From an uncultured bacterium (GTDB lineage Bacteria > Babelota > Babeliae > Babelales > Babelaceae), in assembly GCA_963722385.1 (NCBI GenBank), contig CAVRKK010000002.1, forward strand, positions 1,024,001-1,088,000: 64,000 nt of DNA. Reading direction: 5' to 3'. Positions 44,478 to 52,333 of this stretch are shown in pieces. Below the pieces are notes generated by a model. That model ran no database searches, was not told the DNA's origin, and worked only from the letters and a program-made list of their open reading frames with translations. The translations under genes were made by a program, and so were the position numbers. Position 1 is the stretch's first letter, and the number at the start of each line of letters is the position of its first letter.

Positions 44478-46241
44478 ATGAAAAAATTGCTAATTGTCGC
44501 CTATGGTGCGCTCCTTCTGAATCTGCATCTCATGGTGCATGGAGTTGCTCATGTGAGGGTTCAACCTGAGCCCGAGGAAGAGAATTCTCGCCAGGTGCTG
44601 CAAGAGCTCCAAGACCAAGTTCAAGATGTGGTTGCTGAGCTTCCTCGTCAGCTGATTCATGATTTAGTGTTGAGGAATCCCTACCGAACAAAAACAGCAA
44701 TGGTGAGGGAGACGGTGAGTGATGACATACCTAAGGCTGAGAAGAAATTTAGTAAGCAACGAGCAGGAATAACAAAGCATGCACTCGCCAAATTTTTAGG
44801 CAAGCCCGTTTCAGGAAGCGCGCCGCGGATAGCGCTTGCCTTTAGCGGTGGTGGTTTTAGGGCCATGATTAGCACCTTGGGATTTTTAAAAGGTGCTCAT
44901 GATATTAATCTTTTAGGCGCAACACATTATATGGCTGGGTTGTCGGGATCAAGCTGGGCATTAGCACCGTGGTTAGCTTCTGGCAAGAGCATAAGCGACT
45001 ATTTGACGGATCTTAGTGTTCGCTTGAAAGGTGGTATTCAGCCGCTCTCGCCATCCAAAGAGCTTATTAAAGCAGTGCTTTCTGTTTTTATCACAAAGTT
45101 TCTCTATGGACAATCGGTAACCGCCATGGATATCTATGGTGCATTATTAGCACGCTTGCTGCTTCACCAGGCTGGCATTAGCGGGATGAGTTTATCATTC
45201 AGTGATGCGCATAAACAAGTGGGTAGTGCGCGTATTCCGCTACCTCTTTATACGGCAATTGAAACAACGGTCAAGCCTTATGAATGGATGGAAGTTTCGC
45301 CTTTTGAAGTTGGTAGTTCATACGTTAAGTCATATGTACCAGTTTGGGCATTCGGAAGAACATTCGATAATAAGAACTCGGTGACATCCTCGAGCATGTT
45401 GGGCTTTGCCCCTGAGCAAACGCTTGGTTACTTTATGGCGGTTTTTGGTTCTGCTTTCGAAGTTGCGCTTAAAGACATAATAGAGCATTCGGCTGATATT
45501 ATTGATTTGCTGATGCAACATTTACCTGAAGCGATCGATGAGTATTTTGGTAAATCGACTTTTTATAGTATGACCTATGCTGCTTTTAAAGCAGTGGCAC
45601 CTAAAATCCTTGAAAATTTCTTTGGCGACCTCAGCAAGTATATTGAGCAAGCAGCCTCTTCATGGTCTGACATTCGCTTGCTGCCAGATGTGCAGCCAAA
45701 TTTTACGTATAATATGGCCGGTATGCCATTGGCCGATGTAAAAACGTTGTCCATGGTTGATGCCGGTATTGATTTCAATCTACCAATTCCTCCCTTGCTG
45801 CGGAAAGCGCGTGGTGTCGATGTTATTATTGCCTATGACCTGTCATCGAATATTAGCGGACCGCAAGGGGCTGCTGCATTAAGAAAAGCTGAAAAATATG
45901 CACGTGATCGTGGTTATAAATTTCCTTCTATTGACTACAAGCGCGCTGCTAAAGAACCGGTTAGCGTTTTTAAAGATCTTTCAGACCCAGAAACACCAAC
46001 GGTTATTTACTTCCCGCTGATTAATGATCCAGCATATAAGGTTACTCAATGCGATGCATCAGGCCAATGTACTGCCGTCCCCTTTAATATCGAGGACTGC
46101 ATGGCGGCTGGAGCCTGTGCAACCAGCAACTTCGATTATGATCGTGAGGATGTTGAGCGTCTTGCAGGATTGGCAGAGTTTACTATTAAAAAGCATGCAG
46201 ATGTTATTAAAAAGGCTGTTGAAGAAAAAATTCAGGCTTAA
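44478..46241 (+). CDS. Secreted cPLA2/phospholipase B-type (PLAc domain) phospholipase
   Basis: Signal peptide; SGGGFRAM, YMAGLSGSSW, PLPLYTA, WMEVSPFEVG, VFGSAF, VDAGIDFNLPIPPLLRKARGVDVIIAYD. Confidence 0.9.
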   Translation: MKKLLIVAYGALLLNLHLMVHGVAHVRVQPEPEEENSRQVLQELQDQVQDVVAELPRQLIHDLVLRNPYRTKTAMVRETVSDDIPKAEKKFSKQRAGITKHALAKFLGKPVSGSAPRIALAFSGGGFRAMISTLGFLKGAHDINLLGATHYMAGLSGSSWALAPWLASGKSISDYLTDLSVRLKGGIQPLSPSKELIKAVLSVFITKFLYGQSVTAMDIYGALLARLLLHQAGISGMSLSFSDAHKQVGSARIPLPLYTAIETTVKPYEWMEVSPFEVGSSYVKSYVPVWAFGRTFDNKNSVTSSSMLGFAPEQTLGYFMAVFGSAFEVALKDIIEHSADIIDLLMQHLPEAIDEYFGKSTFYSMTYAAFKAVAPKILENFFGDLSKYIEQAASSWSDIRLLPDVQPNFTYNMAGMPLADVKTLSMVDAGIDFNLPIPPLLRKARGVDVIIAYDLSSNISGPQGAAALRKAEKYARDRGYKFPSIDYKRAAKEPVSVFKDLSDPETPTVIYFPLINDPAYKVTQCDASGQCTAVPFNIEDCMAAGACATSNFDYDREDVERLAGLAEFTIKKHADVIKKAVEEKIQA

Positions 46242-46421
46242 TTATATACTTATGCTGTGCTACTTCTTTAGATGTCCACCGTAAATGATCTACTGTTATT
46301 CCTATCTTCCCATGGGTTATCATATTTGGCCAGGTTTCTCAAGACAAGACTGGACAAATTTACTTTTCAAGATTATATTTGTCCAGTTGGCATCGAATCA
46401 CCCAAGGACGGGACAAAATCA

Positions 46422-47597
46422 ATGATCATAACAAGAGACCTTGCCCCCAAACTTCTTTCAGCAGCCGCTCAATTCCCTGCAATCGCTGTCCTCGGGCCAC
46501 GCCAGTCAGGAAAAACCACATTAGTAACAACAACTTTTCCTGAATATCGTTATTTTTCTTTCGAAGATCCCCATGTTCGGGCGCTTGCTCGCGTTGATCC
46601 TCGTGCATTTCTTAATGAGTATAAGCATGAAGCAGGCCTTATTTTAGATGAAATCCAAAACATTCCTGAGCTTTTCTCATATCTGCAAACACATATAGAC
46701 CTTAATAAAAAAAAGGGATTTTTTATTATAACTGGCTCCCAGAATTTTGCGCTCAATCAGGCTATTACCCAAAGCTTGGCAGGCAGGATCGCCATATTTA
46801 CGCTATTACCTCTTTCCATTCATGAGTTAGAACAGGCTCAACTACTTCCTGAAAAAATTGATCAGCTCTTATTTAAAGGAGCTTATCCGTCAGTCCATGC
46901 TGATGGTATCAATGCATTAGATTGGTATCGGAGTTATATTGCTACGTATGTTGAACGCGATGTAAGGCAAATTAGAAATGTGACAGATCTAAATGCCTTT
47001 CAAAATTTTATGAAACTCTGCGCCGGTCGCGTTGGTCAGGTATTAAATATCACCTCACTCAGCAATGATTCGGGTCTCAGTGTTCATACCATAAAACAAT
47101 GGCTTTCGGTACTTGCGGCGAGCTATATAATATTTCTCCTGCAGCCCTACTATCGCAATTGGTCCAAGCGTGTTATCAAAGCACCTAAACTTTTCTTTTA
47201 TGATACGGGGATAGCGGTATCTCTCTTGTCGCTCAGCGAGCCGCAACAACTTTTTGACTACCACTTAAGAGGCAATCTCTTCGAATCATTCATTATAGCT
47301 GATTTTTTCAAGCAACGACTTAATAAAGGGTTAAATCCAAACTGCTATTATTGGCGCGATAAGGCAGGTCACGAAATAGACTGTATTGCAGAGAAAAATC
47401 AACACCTTATACCCATTGAAATTAAGGCAAGCCAAACCTTTAACAAAAGCTTTCTTGATTACGTGAATACATGGAACAAGCTTTCAAGCACTAAACCGGA
47501 AAATAACGTTCTCGTCTACGGAGGTGATATTAACCAAACAACTGCTCTAGGCCGTATTCTCGGGTGGCGATCTATAGGAAACCTTCTCGAGCCATAA
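46422..47597 (+). CDS. AAA_14 + DUF4143 ATP-binding protein (start MIITRD preferred)
   Basis: GPRQSGKTT, LDEIQ, TGSQ, QSLAGR, TYVERDV, KAPKLFFYDTG, FES, YWRDKAGHEID. Confidence 0.92.
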   Translation: MIITRDLAPKLLSAAAQFPAIAVLGPRQSGKTTLVTTTFPEYRYFSFEDPHVRALARVDPRAFLNEYKHEAGLILDEIQNIPELFSYLQTHIDLNKKKGFFIITGSQNFALNQAITQSLAGRIAIFTLLPLSIHELEQAQLLPEKIDQLLFKGAYPSVHADGINALDWYRSYIATYVERDVRQIRNVTDLNAFQNFMKLCAGRVGQVLNITSLSNDSGLSVHTIKQWLSVLAASYIIFLLQPYYRNWSKRVIKAPKLFFYDTGIAVSLLSLSEPQQLFDYHLRGNLFESFIIADFFKQRLNKGLNPNCYYWRDKAGHEIDCIAEKNQHLIPIEIKASQTFNKSFLDYVNTWNKLSSTKPENNVLVYGGDINQTTALGRILGWRSIGNLLEP

Positions 47598-47690
47598 CAT
47601 TCATCTTAGAGAAAAGGCTGCTGTTTTTTGTCTTTTTTTAGTGTGTGATAACTGACTTGATTTTTTGCATTTATCGCTTGGGATGCGCAG

Positions 47691-48002
47691 TCAATGCAGA
47701 CTCGTTTTTATCCAATCAGCTACGCCTGCTGAAGCCATTTTGACTTCAAGCGCTGTCAATACAAAAGTCGTATAACTATGTAATTTTCTTACTTCTTGTT
47801 CAACGGCATTAAATGTACTTTCTACGGTATCCATAAGCAAAAGAACTTCTTTGGCACTGTCTAGGGAGCCTTGCCAAAGGAATGTTGCATTAACAGGCAA
47901 TGTCTTTGCACATGCTATAAGCTGTTTTTCTAATAAAATGGTAGCTATCGTGTCAGCTTCTGCCTGATGAGCACAGGTTAAAAAAAGCATGATTAATTTC
48001 AA
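47691..48002 (-). CDS. cutA: Divalent-cation tolerance protein CutA
   Basis: EA..IA..LLEKQLIAC, F.WQG, E.LLLM.T, LHSY. Confidence 0.9.
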   Translation of the reverse strand: MKLIMLFLTCAHQAEADTIATILLEKQLIACAKTLPVNATFLWQGSLDSAKEVLLLMDTVESTFNAVEQEVRKLHSYTTFVLTALEVKMASAGVADWIKTSLH

Positions 48003-48043
48003 TACCTCTCCTTGTTACTGAGAGCTGATGCAAGCAAAACGTA

Positions 48044-49300
48044 TTACTCGCGAACAAAGATCCATGTTGAGCCTGAGCCGTCATTTGAGGTAGTATACGA
48101 AGGGCCGCCAACAGCAAGTACAGTGCCATCGGCTGATAAGGCTACCGAAGTTCCCTGAAAGCTAGGAGCCTGAGCAGGTGAACCGACCAGCTTAGGTCCT
48201 TCTTGCACCCATTGTTCTCCTGAGCGCCTAAACATCCAGACCGCCCCTATACGGTCATTATCCCCGACCCCACCAGCTGCAAGAGTATTACCATCGGCTG
48301 AAAGTGCTACCGAACTACCCATTTGCGATAAGCTCTTGGAATCAGACGCTATGAGTTTAGCTTGTGATTTCCATTGATCTTCCGAGCGAACGAATATTCC
48401 CGCGGTACCTCTATGGTCTTGGGAAGATGGCCAACCAACAGCAAGTGTGTTCCTATCAGCTGATAAGGCAACCGCTCCCCCTTGTCCACTAGCAAGTTTT
48501 GCTTGTTGAATCCAGTTTGTACCAGATCGAATAAAAATGTACGTTGATGGTACTAGGGCGGGAGCTCCGACGGCAAGCGTTTTTCCATCTGCTGAAAACG
48601 CTACAGCCATTCCCTGCCAATGTGCTGCATCTGCTCCTTTATCTACCAGTAAAGCTTCTTGCTCCCATGCTGTCTCTTCCTGAGCAAACAACCAGGTCGC
48701 TCCCGTTGCATTAACACTTGGTGCGCCAACTGCAAGAAGCTTGCCATCAGCAGAGATTGCCACCGACTGTCCTTGATGTTGACTCATGGTTAAGGAGCCA
48801 CCTGAGCCTACGAGCTTAGGACCCTGTTGCTCCCATTTACCATCTAACTGCTGGAATATCCATGTAGCTCCTATGGGTCCAGCAGGAATACGGCGATTAT
48901 CAAGGGGTCCGCCAACGGCTAAAATATCACCATTAGAAGATAGAGCGACCGAATAGCCCTGCCATGAAGCACCTTGGTATCCATTGCCTACAAGTCGAGG
49001 CCCTTGCTGTACCCACGTATCATTAGCTGACTTTGTAAATATCCATGTAGCGCCGAAGCTGATTTGGCTACCATAGAGGAAAGCGCCAATAGCAAGAGTG
49101 GAACCATCTGCTGATAGTGCTACCGATTTACCCTGATGCGATCCTTGAGTAAAGCCGGATCCTATTAACTGAGCTTGTTGTACCCATAAAGCTTTTGCAA
49201 GCTGCTCTCTTTTGGATAAGGAGTCAGCATTAAGTAACCCAGCTAAAGTTAAGATAAAGAAGCCAAAAGCGCACCTGTTATAAGAAACAAAATAGATCAT
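48044..49300 (-). CDS. Signal-peptide FG-GAP-like beta-propeller protein (ATG 49300 preferred)
   Basis: Seven repeats QG.SVALSADG.TLAVG.P.....GATWIF......W.QQ..L. Confidence 0.88.
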   Translation of the reverse strand: MIYFVSYNRCAFGFFILTLAGLLNADSLSKREQLAKALWVQQAQLIGSGFTQGSHQGKSVALSADGSTLAIGAFLYGSQISFGATWIFTKSANDTWVQQGPRLVGNGYQGASWQGYSVALSSNGDILAVGGPLDNRRIPAGPIGATWIFQQLDGKWEQQGPKLVGSGGSLTMSQHQGQSVAISADGKLLAVGAPSVNATGATWLFAQEETAWEQEALLVDKGADAAHWQGMAVAFSADGKTLAVGAPALVPSTYIFIRSGTNWIQQAKLASGQGGAVALSADRNTLAVGWPSSQDHRGTAGIFVRSEDQWKSQAKLIASDSKSLSQMGSSVALSADGNTLAAGGVGDNDRIGAVWMFRRSGEQWVQEGPKLVGSPAQAPSFQGTSVALSADGTVLAVGGPSYTTSNDGSGSTWIFVRE

Positions 49301-49370
49301 GATACTCTCCCTATACTTAGGTAAATATGCTACCGAAATTTTAAAATGGTGGCAACTGTGTATTAAGCTA

Positions 49371-50486
49371 TAGACATCACATTTAGGTTTTAGACTTAAA
49401 GCCCAGCAAACTGTACTCAAAGAAAGTGTTATTTAAAAATTCAGCAAAATCATTTGATATTTGCTTGATATTATCGATGAAACGATTATGTGAAACATTT
49501 TTGCGAGCAGCTTTCCAAACCTTCTCTTGCGGGTTTTCTTCAGGAGCATATGCTGGAAAGTAGATTAAATCGATGTTTTTATCTCCTTTTAAAAATTCCT
49601 GGACGGCTGACCCTCGATGCCATCCTGCATTATCCCAAATCAAAAGCAATCTGCTTTTCGGATAATTACGTCTAAGCTGCTTTAACACATCTACTGTAAT
49701 ATACATGTTTTGTTTTTCTGTGATGAAAGCATGTTCTCGGCCTGTTTTTATGTTTAAAAACCCATAAAATGACCGATTTTCTCGTTTGCTTGCGACCTCA
49801 ATTTTAGGGTACTCGCCGGCGGGCAACCAAATTTTTTGGAATGTTGTTGTTGATGAAAGAATCATTTCGTCAGCAGCGAATATCTCGATCTGATCACTAT
49901 TCCAGGCTTTTTTAATTACAGGCATTACTTCTTCTTTCCATTTCTGAACCTGCTGTTCATCACGTTTCTGATAAACCTTTCCAGGCTTGTGAAATGTAAA
50001 ACGCGCTTCTTTAAAAATAAGATACAATGAGGTTTTTGATTTATATTTTACATCATATTGCTCGCGAATAAGATGTCCTAATGACCAAGTTGTCCAGTAA
50101 TCCTCATCAAATCCGTAATCTCGAGGAGTATTATTTTTGAGCGTCTCTAAAATTTGTGTTCGTTGGCCTTTAGTCAGCAGTGATCGAGTCTTTTTTTTAC
50201 GCTTGTCCCTAATCCCGTCGATTCCTTTCCGCAGAAAATTGTTTCGCAATGTAAATATTGAACTTCTTTTAAACCCAGTTAGCTCTTCAATAATTCCTAA
50301 ATCGAATCTTCTATTAAGCATTAAAATCGCTTGGCTACGCAGCGATTCTTTCGTGTTTGTTTTTGAAAATGCTTTAAGATCTTCAATTTGTGCTTGGTTT
50401 AAAACAATCTGTCTTGGCATTTTAAAACACTCCCTTTTGCCAAAACAGTTTACCGTTTTTAGTCTATTTTTAAAGTGTGATGTCTA
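49371..50486 (-). mobile_element. IS630-family insertion sequence, apparently intact
   Basis: Terminal IRs TAGACATCACA...TAGACT at both ends; TA duplication at 49369-70 and 50487-88. Confidence 0.93.
49383..50420 (-). CDS. IS630 transposase
   Basis: HTH region, WT...L, ADE, IWDNAGWH, PAYAPEENPQEKVW (DDE). Confidence 0.95.
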   Translation of the reverse strand: MPRQIVLNQAQIEDLKAFSKTNTKESLRSQAILMLNRRFDLGIIEELTGFKRSSIFTLRNNFLRKGIDGIRDKRKKKTRSLLTKGQRTQILETLKNNTPRDYGFDEDYWTTWSLGHLIREQYDVKYKSKTSLYLIFKEARFTFHKPGKVYQKRDEQQVQKWKEEVMPVIKKAWNSDQIEIFAADEMILSSTTTFQKIWLPAGEYPKIEVASKRENRSFYGFLNIKTGREHAFITEKQNMYITVDVLKQLRRNYPKSRLLLIWDNAGWHRGSAVQEFLKGDKNIDLIYFPAYAPEENPQEKVWKAARKNVSHNRFIDNIKQISNDFAEFLNNTFFEYSLLGFKSKT

Positions 50487-50507
50487 TAGCTATACCTCAA
50501 ATCACTC

Positions 50508-50897
50508 TTATTGGCAACTATTAGTTAGGCCTAATGTTACCATGCATGGTGCTGGGCTATAGTTTGTAAGAACGATAGAGCTTGGCAGGTGTAGCATGTT
50601 GCGGCTGATTTCAAGAGGGTAGGTTCCTGGCTCTGCGAAGTCACAGGGTATTTGAGCGCTCAGAGCCGCCAGGTTAAGGGAACGGATATGTTTGCGCAAT
50701 CCCCGCAGTGTTATGAAAAGCGAGCTCGGTGCTTTTTTAACCATAAGCTGGCTGTTTGCTTTTAGATAAAGGGGAATTTTGCAGGTAAAGTCTATCATAA
50801 ATGCATCGCTCAGGAGTGACCAAAGAACATAAGCAATAACACAAGCGCTTATTTTAAGTAAGCTCCTGCTTCGTAAAATTATGCTGAGGCTGAGCAT
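50508..50897 (-). CDS. CdaR/YbbR-like protein (single domain)
   Basis: LKISACVIAYVLW TM motif, P....ITLRG, PGTYPL, P..V.L; directly downstream of the cdaA-like gene. Confidence 0.7.
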   Translation of the reverse strand: MLSLSIILRSRSLLKISACVIAYVLWSLLSDAFMIDFTCKIPLYLKANSQLMVKKAPSSLFITLRGLRKHIRSLNLAALSAQIPCDFAEPGTYPLEISRNMLHLPSSIVLTNYSPAPCMVTLGLTNSCQ

Positions 50898-51720
50898 GAT
50901 GATAGGTATCCTTTTGTATAGTCGGCGATTTGGCCAAATACTTCTTCAAAAGCGCAAGCATCTGCCATGCGCTTAAATCTTCTACAATTTTGCCTTGCGC
51001 GATGCACGTAAACAGCCGTGAATTGACGCAAACCCTTATGACGATCGCATCAGTTTTTGTCGAAAGAAAAACGGCGTCTTGCTTCCATGCTTGCTGAGCA
51101 TCAAGTGGGCTCGTAAACCATTGGACGTCAACGGGCATGCCCAATCTCGCGTTAATGGCGATCAGCTTGCCGGTTTGCTCAATCCAAAGCATCTGACCAG
51201 CTGCCGTATTTACATGGTCAACAAGAATTTCCAGCAGCTCTTTTTTTATATCTGCATTGAAATAATAAGGCGCTGTCAGAAGCGTTTTGAGGTTGTCGCT
51301 TCTTTCTATTAAGCAAATAAGCTCCTTATGCTTGTTAAGGACGCTTAAGCAGGTGCGCACGAGTTCATCGAGCCAGGCAAAGTCATGGTGGGCCGGTGGT
51401 TTAATAATTTTAGCGACAATCAGGTTCTTCTGAAGGCTTTGTTGATGCATCAGTATCAAAAGCATAATAGCAATGGGGGCGCTGATGAGTAATATGGTAC
51501 TGAGCACGGCAAGCTGCGCATAGTAAGCGATAATGGTAAGACCGGCATAAATATGAAAAAAAAGCACGGGGTAGGAACTTTTGTCTTTATTGAGCCATGT
51601 TAAAAAGAGATAAATAAGCCCCGCGAGAAGCGTAACCTCAAAAAAGTCACGCCAGGTGTAGAGAGCAAGAACTATTCTGGTAACCTCGCGAAAATGCTCG
51701 AGAAACTCCACGTGCTTCAT
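50854..51720 (-). CDS. CdaA/DacA-like diadenylate cyclase homolog with degenerate active site
   Basis: Three N-terminal TMs (W.DF.E...LA..IY), QQ.L, LS......LI.LIER...L, A.I..ELL..I, LS..TDAIVI.V; lacks DGA and RHR. Confidence 0.75.
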   Translation of the reverse strand: MKHVEFLEHFREVTRIVLALYTWRDFFEVTLLAGLIYLFLTWLNKDKSSYPVLFFHIYAGLTIIAYYAQLAVLSTILLISAPIAIMLLILMHQQSLQKNLIVAKIIKPPAHHDFAWLDELVRTCLSVLNKHKELICLIERSDNLKTLLTAPYYFNADIKKELLEILVDHVNTAAGQMLWIEQTGKLIAINARLGMPVDVQWFTSPLDAQQAWKQDAVFLSTKTDAIVIRVCVNSRLFTCIAQGKIVEDLSAWQMLALLKKYLAKSPTIQKDTYHHAQPQHNFTKQELT

Positions 51721-51831
51721 TACTTGCTCTCCTTTCTCTCTAACAATACAAGAAATCGTTGTTTATTGGAAAGAGTTACTTATGCTGATTACTAATTTCT
51801 GCCGGCCTTCGATTTATATAGTACTGAGAAG

Positions 51832-51990
51832 CGTAAAATAGTTGACATGTGGTAGAAGAATAACATCAAAAATACCAAGAGGAAATCATCACGTGATTTG
51901 AGCAGTTGGCTCTGTTAAAATAGAAGTGCTTGGGGAGCTTGTCCAAGATTACGAAGTAATCAAATCTGTAATAGGGCTTGGTTATACGGT
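51832..51990 (+). pseudogene. Degenerate copy of the yjjX promoter/5' end
   Basis: Aligns to 54423-54590 (CATCAAAAATACCAAGAGGAAA...GTTAAAATAGAAG...CAAGATTACGAAGTAATCAAATCTG) with indels. Confidence 0.85.
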
Positions 51991-52252
51991 GCGTCCCTTA
52001 CAGGCTTTCCCGACGAGCAGGCCGCAAAAACCGTCGCATAAATAAAGCGTTTTTCGAGGGTGCGTAACCGTTTTTTCAAGCCAGAATTTGCACTTCGTAC
52101 GCAATATCATCGACAAAACCTATTACATTGAGAATAAGTTTAATCAATCAGGATTGTGATAAGAAAGCAGGAGGCCTGGACGCTTAGAGCCTGATTGGTC
52201 TTTTTGCAGAAGCAAAAGACTCCTCGTTAAAGAAGAGCCTGCTTGTAAAAAT

Positions 52253-52281
52253 TTGCTCATTGTATTTATTATTGCTATAGT
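52253..52281 (+). promoter_or_regulatory. Putative sigma70 promoter of the ankyrin gene
   Basis: TTGCTC-17bp-TATAGT with extended TG; degenerate copy at about 54348-54376. Confidence 0.55.
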
Positions 52282-52333
52282 AAATAGAAAGAAGACAATA
52301 AATAAAAAAATATTGCATAAAAGGCGATAATCA

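Noticed and set aside
49301..49420. N-terminal extension of the FG-GAP ORF
   Set aside because: It runs through the IS630 end; an RBS supports the ATG at 49300.
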